From Fimbriimonadales bacterium (GTDB lineage: Bacteria; Armatimonadota; Fimbriimonadia; Fimbriimonadales; ATM1): DNA of 13,622 nt. The translations under genes were made by a program, and so were the position numbers. This document shows, one piece after another, positions 1 to 7,490 of the stretch (positions are counted from its first letter, which is position 1; each line of letters begins with the position of its first letter). Under the pieces are notes generated by a model. It was given only the letters and a program-made list of their open reading frames with translations. It was not told the DNA's origin and made no database searches. The stretch is taken from contig JBPCLO010000015.1 in NCBI GenBank assembly GCA_051003155.1, positions 1 to 13,622 of the forward strand, given 5' to 3'.

Positions 1-38
1 TACTTGACCGTGAGGGAATTGACCTCGGCTACAGCCAT
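1..38 (-). CDS. 5' end of a gene running off the left edge, possibly an ABC transporter ATP-binding protein
   Basis: ATG at 38-36 reads MAVAEVNSLTVK(Y), resembling the 'EVxNLTxxY' start of ABC ATPases. Only 12 full codons are visible. Confidence 0.35.
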   Translation of the reverse strand, partial: MAVAEVNSLTVK

Positions 39-63
39 AGATTTCAGAAGTATGAATGATGAC

Positions 64-85
64 GAGCGCCCCTCGCGGGGCGCTC
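64..85 (-). terminator. GC-rich hairpin, probable terminator of the small lipoprotein gene
   Basis: Perfect 9-bp stem GAGCGCCCC(64-72)/GGGGCGCTC(77-85) with a 4-nt loop, about 30 nt past the stop at 117. There is no clear U-tract. Confidence 0.5.
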
Positions 86-116
86 TCACTTAGCTCAAAC
101 TGTGGTTTGAGTCAGG

Positions 117-257
117 CTAGCCACCCGAGGGTTGCGTGGGCTCGGTCGTGCCGGCCGGCGGAGTCGTCGTCGCACCAGCGGGCTCCTCTTTCTTATCGCA
201 ACCAACCAGGCCTAGAACAACAGCCGCGAACGCGGCCGCAACGAGTAGTCGCTTCAT
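117..257 (-). CDS. Small lipoprotein (46 aa) with a Pro/Thr/Gly-rich tail
   Basis: SD GGAGGT (270-265) precedes ATG at 257. Sequence MKRLLVAAAFAAVVLGLVG-C has a basic n-region, a hydrophobic h-region and a LVGC lipobox. A -10-like TACTAT lies at 318-313. Confidence 0.8.
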   Translation of the reverse strand: MKRLLVAAAFAAVVLGLVGCDKKEEPAGATTTPPAGTTEPTQPSGG

Positions 258-384
258 TTTATTTACCTCCTGAGTAAACAAGGTCACGCGGCGAGATGCC
301 GCGGCCCAAAGCATAGTAACCGATTTTCACCCGTCACCGTTTCACTCCTTAGCGAAAAGTTAACAGGGCATTTAGTGCCGGCAC

Positions 385-415
385 TTGCGCGAGCACACGC
401 GGGTGTGGCTAAACT
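385..415 (+). promoter_or_regulatory. Putative sigma70-type promoter for the intergenic RNA
   Basis: TTGCGC(385-390) and TAAACT(410-415). The 19-nt spacer is long, so the -35 is uncertain. Predicted start is near 422. Confidence 0.4.
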
Positions 416-421
416 AAAACA

Positions 422-565
422 ATTACTGGATTCGCCAACGAACGCCTGTCAGGCGTAAGGCGCCGCCTCGAGTTCTCGCTCTAGGTACGAGCAGGGGACC
501 GGCGCCGAACGCTTCGTCGTTCGAATTTGCACGGCGCGGGCTCCTTACAGTGGGCCCGCGTTTTT
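422..565 (+). ncRNA. Candidate structured small RNA (about 140 nt), family unassigned, 6S-like architecture possible
   Basis: No convincing ORF. Nested stems 428-434/522-528, 437-441/517-521, 442-447/451-456, 459-465/500-506 and 475-478/488-491, bracketed by a -10 element and an intrinsic terminator. Confidence 0.5.
535..565 (+). terminator. Rho-independent terminator
   Basis: Stem CGCGGGCTC(535-543)/GGGCCCGCG(552-560) with one G-U pair, followed by TTTTT(561-565). Confidence 0.8.
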
Positions 566-657
566 ACACTTCAGGGGCAAATAGACTATTCACCCGCAGG
601 AATCTAGCCGCTCCCGCAGAAGTAGTATGTCGCGTGCATCAGGAGGGATCTAAATAG

Positions 658-1011
658 ATGGTTGTGATCGTTGTGAATCGGGCCACGGGCGAAGAACTAC
701 TGCGGGAGCGAGGATGGGAAGGCGAATTCCCTAGAGTTGGCGACGTAATGGAGCTCCACTGCGGAGAGACCCGCCGCTGGAGGGTCGACGAGATCGACTG
801 GGTATTCGCTGATGCGCCCGCCGAGTCCCACGACGACGTACCCCTCAAATGCCTCACGGTCAAGGCATCGCCGTTCGACGCGGCCACCGGGCGCTCTGCC
901 GATCCGGTCTGCGAATGCGGCCACCGCGAATCCATCCACTCGCCAAATGGCTGCACCGGCCGCTCGCATACCTGCGAGTGCTCATCCTTCAAAGAGAAGG
1001 CTCCAGCATAA
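658..1011 (+). CDS. Hypothetical protein (117 aa) with a C-terminal Cys/His putative metal-binding motif
   Basis: SD AGGAGG at 641-646. C-terminus CECGH-x4-H-x4-C-x6-CEC. N-terminus is beta-rich (FPRVGD...WRVDEIDW). Confidence 0.75.
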   Translation: MVVIVVNRATGEELLRERGWEGEFPRVGDVMELHCGETRRWRVDEIDWVFADAPAESHDDVPLKCLTVKASPFDAATGRSADPVCECGHRESIHSPNGCTGRSHTCECSSFKEKAPA

Positions 1012-1044
1012 CTCGATAGACGGCAACGGGCACTTGGCAGTCGA

Positions 1045-1050
1045 TATACT
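1045..1050 (+). promoter_or_regulatory. -10 element positioned for a leaderless moaC transcript
   Basis: TATACT ends exactly 6 nt before the moaC ATG at 1057, with no SD in between. Confidence 0.55.
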
Positions 1051-1056
1051 CGGCGC

Positions 1057-1521
1057 ATGGCCCGTCTCTCCCATGCCGACTCGGAAGGCAACCCGCGAAT
1101 GGTCGACGTGTCACAAAAGCCCGCGACCACCCGCCGCTCGGTCGCCGAAGGTTTTGTCCGCCTCACGGACGAACACATGAAAGCGATGGATAGCCTGCCG
1201 AAGGGAGACGCCCTCGCGGTCGCCAAGATCGCCGGCATTTCGGCAGCAAAAAAAACCCATGACCTCATTCCGCTATGCCATCCACTCCCACTCACGTTCG
1301 TAGGTGTAGACATCGAGCGAACGGAAGGCGGGCTGAAAATCACCGGAGAAGCCAAAACCGACGCGCAGACAGGCGTCGAAATGGAGGCGCTAATGGCGGT
1401 CACGGTCGCCGCCCTCACGATCTACGATATGGTCAAAGCAATTGGCCAGGAAATCACGATCGAAGGCGTCAGGCTCGTAGAGAAGACTGGCGGGAAATCA
1501 GATTGGAAGAGAAACCCATAG
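1057..1521 (+). CDS. moaC: Cyclic pyranopterin monophosphate synthase MoaC
   Basis: Signature motifs MVDVSQK, LIPLCHPL, TGVEMEAL, IYDMVKA and EKTGGKS. Confidence 0.97.
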   Translation: MARLSHADSEGNPRMVDVSQKPATTRRSVAEGFVRLTDEHMKAMDSLPKGDALAVAKIAGISAAKKTHDLIPLCHPLPLTFVGVDIERTEGGLKITGEAKTDAQTGVEMEALMAVTVAALTIYDMVKAIGQEITIEGVRLVEKTGGKSDWKRNP

Positions 1522-1991
1522 GCGCATACCGCTTCGCGGTCATCACGGTTAGCAACACGCGGACCGAGGAAACCGACCTCAGCGGACCCGCCGCCGAGGA
1601 GGCCCTGCAAGCCGCGGGCGCCATCCAAATCGAGCGCTGGATCATCAAGGATGACGTCGGCCCGATCCAGGAGACTCTCTCCGACACCGCCTCTCGCTGC
1701 GACGTCGCTTTCACCCTCGGTGGCACCGGATTCGGACCAAACGACATCACTCCGGAGGCCACCGCGCCCCTCCTCGACCGCCGAGCCGATTCGCTAATGG
1801 AATTGATTCGGACCAAATCCTTCGAAAGGACCCCGTTCGCTCACCTCTCTCGAGGCATTGCCGGAACGATCGGCGCATCACTCGTCATCAACCTTCCCGG
1901 CTCCCCGAAAGGCGCGAAGGACGGCATCGAAGCTATGCTTCCGCTACTTCCCCATATACTCGAGCAGATCCGCGGCGGCGGCCATGATTGA
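1503..1991 (+). CDS. mog: MogA/MoaB-family molybdopterin adenylyltransferase
   Basis: Motifs AVITVSN..DLSGP, TLGGTGFGPNDITPEAT, SRGIAG and NLPGSP. The likely start is TTG at 1503, overlapping the moaC 3' end. The ORF-track extension to 1275 is a shadow of moaC. Mog versus MoaB cannot be separated by eye. Confidence 0.9.
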   Translation: MEEKPIGAYRFAVITVSNTRTEETDLSGPAAEEALQAAGAIQIERWIIKDDVGPIQETLSDTASRCDVAFTLGGTGFGPNDITPEATAPLLDRRADSLMELIRTKSFERTPFAHLSRGIAGTIGASLVINLPGSPKGAKDGIEAMLPLLPHILEQIRGGGHD

Positions 1992-2748
1992 CACGCACTG
2001 CCACCTCAACTTCCCCGACCATTTCCCCGACGTCTCTTCGACGCTCGACCGCGCGAAGAAGAATCTTGTGGACCGCGTTATCGTAGTCGGGTGCGACACG
2101 GACACCTCCCGGATCGCAGTCGAGGTCGCTGAGCAGCACGAGGCGGTTTACGCCTGCGTCGGCTGGCATCCGACCTACGCCGCCAAATACACACAGGCAG
2201 AACTGATGGCTATCGAAGAACTCGCCCGACACCCCAAAACCGTCGCGATCGGCGAGATAGGGCTGGATTACCACTGGGATTACTCGACACCCGACGAACA
2301 GCGCCGCGCAACCACCGGCCACCTGGCGCTGGCAGTGGAACTCGACATGCCGGTCGTTTTTCACTGCCGTGAAGCCTACACAGACCTCTTGGATTGGATC
2401 GAGCTCCTCGACCCGAGGCCCCCGGCGATGGCGCTACATTGCTTCGGAGGAACCACTGAGGACGCCGCGCGCGGCGTCGCTCTCGGCTGCCATTTCGGAG
2501 TCGACGGCCCGATCACTTACAAGAACGCCGACACCCTCCGCGACACGATCGCAACGATTCCGATGGACCGCCTTCTACTGGAAACGGACGCTCCCTACCT
2601 GACCCCTCACCCGTATCGCGGCAAGGCCAACGAACCCGCCATGATCCCACTCATCAACAGCCGCTTAGCAGAGCTATTTGCGGTAACCCCGGCGCAAATG
2701 GCTGCCCAAACCACGCTCAACGCCGAAACCATCTTCTGGGTAAAATAG
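1984..2748 (+). CDS. tatD: TatD-family hydrolase/DNase
   Basis: Motifs MIDTHCHL, GEIGLDYH, FHCREA, LHCF and LETDAPYL. ATG at 1984 overlaps the upstream stop (ATGATTGA). Confidence 0.96.
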   Translation: MIDTHCHLNFPDHFPDVSSTLDRAKKNLVDRVIVVGCDTDTSRIAVEVAEQHEAVYACVGWHPTYAAKYTQAELMAIEELARHPKTVAIGEIGLDYHWDYSTPDEQRRATTGHLALAVELDMPVVFHCREAYTDLLDWIELLDPRPPAMALHCFGGTTEDAARGVALGCHFGVDGPITYKNADTLRDTIATIPMDRLLLETDAPYLTPHPYRGKANEPAMIPLINSRLAELFAVTPAQMAAQTTLNAETIFWVK

Positions 2749-2757
2749 CCGCTCCGT

Positions 2758-2833
<76 letters not shown>

Positions 2834-3117
2834 CGATTTTGAATCTAAATTTCCAGGTCTCCGCCTTTGGTACCTTGCTTGAATATACTCCCGATCGGTT
2901 ATTCTTTGATCGTGGAGGAACAACGGCCTAACGAATGCCTTCAGCGATTCGTCCGTTCCATCGACGCAAAGCTTCGGTCTTCGATCGTCCGCCCGTTTCG
3001 GATAGCTCTGCCAAAAAGCGGTCAATTCCGGTGGTTCTGGTTTTGTCTCCGGAGGCGCCCGTAACACTCCTGCTTTTTTGAACCCGTTTGCGTTCCGAGC
3101 CCGGCGTAGTAGTAAGG

Positions 3118-4617
3118 ATGAAGGAAACAACTTCGCTGTGGATCGCAACGAGCGAACGTGGGACACGACCTCCGCTCCTGGGGGATAGCGAATTCGATAC
3201 TGTAATCATCGGAGCCGGAATTGTCGGCCTGTCCGTTGCTTACGCGCTAAGGGGCCGAGGCGAGCGCGTTGCGCTCATAGAGGCGCGTCGCCTTTTAAAC
3301 GGCGTGACAGGCAACACGACGGGGAAACTGACGTCGCAGCACGGCAGGATTTACAAGCATCTCGTCGACACATTCGGCAAGGAAAAGTCGCAGCAGTATG
3401 CCGACGGTAACGAGTGGGCAATTCGCGAAGTCCGCCGGATCGCCGGCGAAGAGTCGATTGATTGTGACTACACGGCAGACACGGCCCATATCTATGCTTT
3501 GGATGAGAATGCTTCGAAGGATTTCGAAGAGGAGGTCGAGGCGGCCGTTTCGCTCGGGCTGCCCGCTACAATCGTGAACCCTGACTTGCCATTTCCGGTC
3601 CACAGCGCCATCCGATTCGACAATCAGGCTCGATATCACCCGCTAAAATACTTGCTTGGCTTGGCGGTGGCATCGGAGCGCGAAGGCATTCAGATCTTTG
3701 AAAACTCGCGCGCACTGACCGTCGAGGAAACCAGCGGGAGCTGCCGAGTGGAAACAGAGCACGGCGTTGTTCGAGCCTGCCGTGTGGTGCTTGCCACGCA
3801 CTACCCGATACACGACTCGGGCCTTTTCGTAGCGAAGCTCGCTCCCTATCGCTCTTATGCGATGGCCGTCGACTTGGAAGGCGAATTGCCAACGGGAATG
3901 TATATAACGGAGGGGGAGCCGATGCGATCGTTCCGAAGACAGCCCTATCAGGGCCGCGACATCTTGATCGTCGGGGGAGAACACCATAAGGTCGGCCAGG
4001 AAGATGATTCGGCAGCGTGCTTTCAACGGGTCGAAGCATGGGCCCGGTCGACTTTTCCAGTACGCGAGGTGCTGTTCAGATGGTCGACGCAAGACAACTG
4101 GACGCCCGACCGCTTGCCCTATGTCGGCAATTCGCCAAGCCGCGACAACATCTTCATCGCCACGGGTTTTGGGGGATGGGGAATGACGAACGGCATACTC
4201 GCCGGAAGGATCATATCAGATGCTATCCTGGGCAAGGACAACGCCTATGCCGAGATTCTGAGACCGAGCCGGATGACTTGGGGCGCTACTCCAAAAATGG
4301 TGTCCGAGAATATCAATTCGGCCAAATACATGATCGGAGACCGGCTTGCTCGCGTTGAGAAACGAGAGTTGTCGACGATCGAAGCCGGTGCGGCGGCAAT
4401 CGTGCAGGTAGAGGATGAGCGAGTAGCAGCATACCGTGACCCTTCTGGAGCGCTGCACGTTGTTACGGCGGCATGCACGCACTGGGGGTGTCAAGTCCAT
4501 TGGAACAATGCCGAGAAGTCGTGGGATTGCCCGTGCCACGGCTCCCGGTTCGGCATCGACGGCGAGGTTCTTCACGGCCCGGCGGCAACCCGCTTGGAGA
4601 AGCGGCCGTGCGAATAG
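3118..4617 (+). CDS. FAD-dependent oxidoreductase with C-terminal Rieske [2Fe-2S] domain (YhfW-like)
   Basis: N-terminal SLW and IIGAGIVG dinucleotide motif, ATGFGGWGMTNG, and Rieske ligands CTHWGC...WDCPCHGSRF. Start placed at ATG 3118 (MKETTSLW). Confidence 0.93.
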   Translation: MKETTSLWIATSERGTRPPLLGDSEFDTVIIGAGIVGLSVAYALRGRGERVALIEARRLLNGVTGNTTGKLTSQHGRIYKHLVDTFGKEKSQQYADGNEWAIREVRRIAGEESIDCDYTADTAHIYALDENASKDFEEEVEAAVSLGLPATIVNPDLPFPVHSAIRFDNQARYHPLKYLLGLAVASEREGIQIFENSRALTVEETSGSCRVETEHGVVRACRVVLATHYPIHDSGLFVAKLAPYRSYAMAVDLEGELPTGMYITEGEPMRSFRRQPYQGRDILIVGGEHHKVGQEDDSAACFQRVEAWARSTFPVREVLFRWSTQDNWTPDRLPYVGNSPSRDNIFIATGFGGWGMTNGILAGRIISDAILGKDNAYAEILRPSRMTWGATPKMVSENINSAKYMIGDRLARVEKRELSTIEAGAAAIVQVEDERVAAYRDPSGALHVVTAACTHWGCQVHWNNAEKSWDCPCHGSRFGIDGEVLHGPAATRLEKRPCE

Positions 4618-4682
4618 CTGGGGGAGCGGCGCCGAGATCTGCCTGCTCCCGGCAGGAGCCGTGCGCGTTCTCGTGGACTCGG

Positions 4683-4835
4683 ATGGAAATCGGTGCCGAT
4701 CGCGTACGGGAGACGGCGAAAACAACTGCTGGCGGGGCTGTCGCGGCGTATATCATTTTTGAAATTCTGTGGCAAGGAAGCCGGGTTTTCTTTCCTCCTC
4801 GCAACTTCATTCCGCCACTTCCAGGCATTGGGTAG
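4683..4835 (+). CDS. Short ORF or relic resembling an RHS/polymorphic-toxin C-terminal tip
   Basis: Reads MEIGADRVRETAKTTAGGAVAAYIIFEILWQGSRVFFPPRNFIPPLPGIG. The hydrophobic helix plus GSRxFPPRNxxP resembles the '...YxIISEGSRLFPPRNLVP' terminus I recall from RHS proteins (not searched). Confidence 0.5.
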   Translation: MEIGADRVRETAKTTAGGAVAAYIIFEILWQGSRVFFPPRNFIPPLPGIG

Positions 4836-4874
4836 ACGGATGTCTTTGGAAAGAATGGACCTGTTCATAGGCTC

Positions 4875-5459
4875 TTGCTGAACATTGCCAGCAGGGATTG
4901 GTGTCAACGAGTGGACGCCCTTGAGGACCTCTGGAAAATGGCGGTCGACACGGGCGATCGCGACATTCGTGCAGCTGTTCGAGTAGCAGCACGAGCACTC
5001 GTCAATGACCCAAAAGCTGTTGTGCGGTCTGATGCTATTGAGACATTGGGAGATATGGGCGGGCCCGGTGATCATCGAATAGTGATGAACGCAACCTATG
5101 ACCCCGACTGGACGGTCCGATCATCCGCGGCGTCCACGGCGGCGGAGATGATTGGGGCTAAGGCTGTGCCGAGAATTAGGGAGATGCTACGTGACAGGAA
5201 CGCAGTGGTCCGCAAATATGCCGCAGTCGCCTTGTTTGACGCTGCAGGATGCTCGGCTCTTGAAGATGTTTCACCGTTAATCAAGAAGGAAAAGAATAAC
5301 ATCGCACGCGTCGGACTCTTGTATGTTGCTGCCATGTGTGGCAACGCACCTGCACGTGAGGAGTTGGCGCTTCTTGCCAACGATCCCAATATGCGCGTAA
5401 AAAGCTCGGCCTCAAGCTTGCTGGAAGAGGTGATACAGGCCTCATCGCAGTTGTCATAG
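4875..5459 (+). CDS. HEAT-repeat (PBS lyase-like) protein
   Basis: Repeats of D/N-x-x-x-x-VR-x-x-A: DPKAVVRSDA, DPDWTVRSSA, DRNAVVRKYA, DPNMRVKSSA. The start is uncertain (see findings). Confidence 0.85.
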   Translation: MLNIASRDWCQRVDALEDLWKMAVDTGDRDIRAAVRVAARALVNDPKAVVRSDAIETLGDMGGPGDHRIVMNATYDPDWTVRSSAASTAAEMIGAKAVPRIREMLRDRNAVVRKYAAVALFDAAGCSALEDVSPLIKKEKNNIARVGLLYVAAMCGNAPAREELALLANDPNMRVKSSASSLLEEVIQASSQLS

Positions 5460-5678
5460 CAAGCATGGGCCACCCTGAACCTCGCCTACAGTCAGCGAAA
5501 CCGCCGCTATAAAAAACGCGGCGGCCTTCCTCTGAGATTCGCTTACACCATGGGCGTAGAGGTTGGCAGTGAGGCTAATCTGCGAGTACCCTAGGTGCTT
5601 CGCCACTTGATGGAGCTCGACTCCCGCGGCCACCACAAGCGTTGCGGCCGTATGGCGGAGCTTGTGGAAGGATATGAG
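5454..5678 (-). pseudogene. C-terminal fragment of a tyrosine recombinase/phage integrase
   Basis: Extending the 60-aa ORF upstream gives ISFHKLRHTAATLVVAAGVELHQVAKHLGYSQISLTANLYAH, the Box II HxLRH...LG(H)...Y motif. The N-terminal part is absent. Confidence 0.85.
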
Positions 5679-5970
5679 CTTTAGAGATGACCCGATGACG
5701 AACGCCAGTTTTCGACAGCTCTACGTCATCAACCCGGACGGTACGGAGTTCAAACGGCTTACGGACCATTGGGGCGACGATTACGGTCCGCAATGGACGC
5801 TTGACAGCAAGTTCATTGTGATCCAGAGCGATAGAGGAATGAGACGTTTCATGGGCGGCGTCACCGGTGAACCAAGGAGCGAGCTCATCGTCGTGGATGC
5901 GAAAGGCGGTGGCGAACGCGTCATCGATTGCGGCGTGCCAGTCTACGAAACCGCCCTTAGTCCGCGATGA
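5674..5970 (+). pseudogene. TolB/PD40-like beta-propeller C-terminal fragment
   Basis: QLYVINPDGTEFKRLTDHWGDDYGPQWTLDSKFIVIQSDR...LIVVDAKGGGERVI matches PD40 repeats. Only about 2 blades are present and there is no signal peptide. Confidence 0.65.
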
Positions 5971-6016
5971 CCAGGCATGCGTAAATTGCGCCCACAATGC
6001 AAACCCTTGGTCTACA

Positions 6017-7087
6017 CTATTGGGACCAAGATCGTCTGAGCAGCTTCGCGAAGGAGATAAGGTACACCTTCGAGCTCGTGTTTGTCTGGAATGAATACAC
6101 GAAGCGTTTTGTCTTCCAGTCGAGGGCTGGCGCCGATAGCACCGGGAACGACAGCCGATCAGGAACGGTCCGGCCCGGATCTCCCGGGTACCAACTCCAC
6201 CGATTTATCAGTTTCGCTAGCCGGACCGTGCGCTTTGTTCGAACGTTGAAGAGGTCGAAGGTGTATGCGTCCAAGCCGAGCGAGCCGTTGTCGGTCTCGT
6301 CGAAGAACTCGCGCGCCGCCAATGTCCAAGGACTTCCTGGCCCAGCCCAACTCAAATGACATGTGTTCTCCACCTTGCTGATCGGCAAGCCGACACGAAC
6401 GCGGCTGAGCCGAGGCCCGGCAAGGTAAGGCTGCACCCAGTCGGTTGCATAGTCATTAGCGTGAATCAGCCAAGTGCCCAGTTCCTGATTGAAACTGACG
6501 CGTGCGAGGTAAAGGTGGTCATACGAACTTTTTGTAAACATCAGTATCCGCTTTGCCGATCCGGTCCTCCGATTGATTTTCATGAGCCATGTGTCAACCT
6601 CATGAAATGGAGCGGTCTTGTTCACTACCGCGAACCTTCCGTCGTCGGACACACCTGCAACATGCCAACCCTTGGCGACGCGGAAGCGACGTCCGCTACG
6701 AATAAAGTCCCAACGGCCATTCTCGTTCGTTTGGATTTTCACCAACTCGTCCCCGATCCAGAGTGCAGGCGTGGCGAGCGGCCAGGACTTCAACGATCGC
6801 AAGTCGAGCACGAAGCCGTCACCGATCCCTCGGGTTCCGCTCGCATTGAGTTTGAGGTGAAAGTAGGAGTTCTGAGAATACGGGGGATCCGAACTGTAGT
6901 GCGCCGAAAGCTTGGCCGACCTGCCGCTCGGGCATTCGCGCACTCGATGTTTCGTGAAGATAAGCAACGCATTCTGGTTGCGGCGCCAAGCGAGGCCGCG
7001 CACAGGCTCACTGTACTCGGCTAAGAGCTTGCCGCCTGGCTCGTCCAACAACGCCATGGCGGACGCGACACATATTGCAATAAGCAT
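6017..7087 (-). CDS. Hypothetical exported protein (356 aa), possibly beta-propeller-like
   Basis: Long ORF with a hydrophobic N-terminus ending ASAMA, propeller-like segments (VRGLAW, GVSDDGRFAVV, SAPALDWKTKRFVYS) and a -10-like CATAAT at 7107-7102. Confidence 0.7.
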   Translation of the reverse strand: MLIAICVASAMALLDEPGGKLLAEYSEPVRGLAWRRNQNALLIFTKHRVRECPSGRSAKLSAHYSSDPPYSQNSYFHLKLNASGTRGIGDGFVLDLRSLKSWPLATPALWIGDELVKIQTNENGRWDFIRSGRRFRVAKGWHVAGVSDDGRFAVVNKTAPFHEVDTWLMKINRRTGSAKRILMFTKSSYDHLYLARVSFNQELGTWLIHANDYATDWVQPYLAGPRLSRVRVGLPISKVENTCHLSWAGPGSPWTLAAREFFDETDNGSLGLDAYTFDLFNVRTKRTVRLAKLINRWSWYPGDPGRTVPDRLSFPVLSAPALDWKTKRFVYSFQTNTSSKVYLISFAKLLRRSWSQ

Positions 7088-7277
7088 CAGCCTTAACCTG
7101 CATTATGGAAGGTCGCCAAAGGGGAGTGCGACCCCAAATTGACGCCCTTCGTGGTCCTATCAGAGAGATATCGGCGGCGTCCACGGACTCGCTGATTGCG
7201 AAGTTATCCTAAGCGGCATCTGGAGTCGCGTGTCCGTGCCACCCACGTTGCGTCCAAGCGCAACGAGGCTGAGCCAT

Positions 7278-7346
7278 ATGCCTGTCATACAAGTCGAAAC
7301 CTATATTGATGCCTTGCCAGAGGTTTGCTTTGACTTGGCTCGAAAT
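7278..7346 (+). pseudogene. N-terminal relic of an SRPBCC-family protein
   Basis: MPVIQVETYIDALPEVCFDLARN matches the 'MPxIxLETxIxAPxExxFDLxRS' SRPBCC start, and the similarity stops abruptly afterwards. Confidence 0.6.
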
Positions 7347-7490
7347 GCTCAGAGCTCGGTTGCTGGTCGGCGGACGCAATTGTTGGGGAAAAATCTTGAC
7401 CAAACGGAACTTTCGAACTGGTTCCTGACATCATTAATTAATGGCGCTAGGCGCCGAAATAGCTTCAAATCAACAACCGGAGGTAACCAA

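Noticed and set aside
440..497. SRP RNA-like words (GTCAGG, AGCAG) and a possible Moco riboswitch
   Set aside because: There is no GNRA-capped helix 8 between CAGG and AGCAG, and I could not map the Moco motif stems.
623..657. 7-codon uORF (GTG 634 to TAG 657) in frame with the 658 gene
   Set aside because: A good SD already explains the start at 658, and the uORF may be chance.
639..1418. 259-aa minus-strand ORF and other long antisense ORFs over moaC, tatD, the oxidoreductase and the HEAT genes
   Set aside because: These are shadow frames of well-supported genes in GC-rich DNA and show no motifs.
1275..1991. Possible frameshifted MoaC-MoaB fusion
   Set aside because: MoaC ends with its normal GGKS-DW terminus, and the second gene has a usable TTG start at 1503.
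4618..4655. Hairpin after the oxidoreductase as a terminator
   Set aside because: The 8-bp stem has a large loop and no U-tract, which is too weak to call.
7380..7490. CIRCE, HAIR or ROSE heat-shock elements before hsp20
   Set aside because: No TTAGCACTC-N9-GAGTGCTAA, CTTGAGT-N7-ACTCAAG or SD-occluding U(U/C)GCU is visible.
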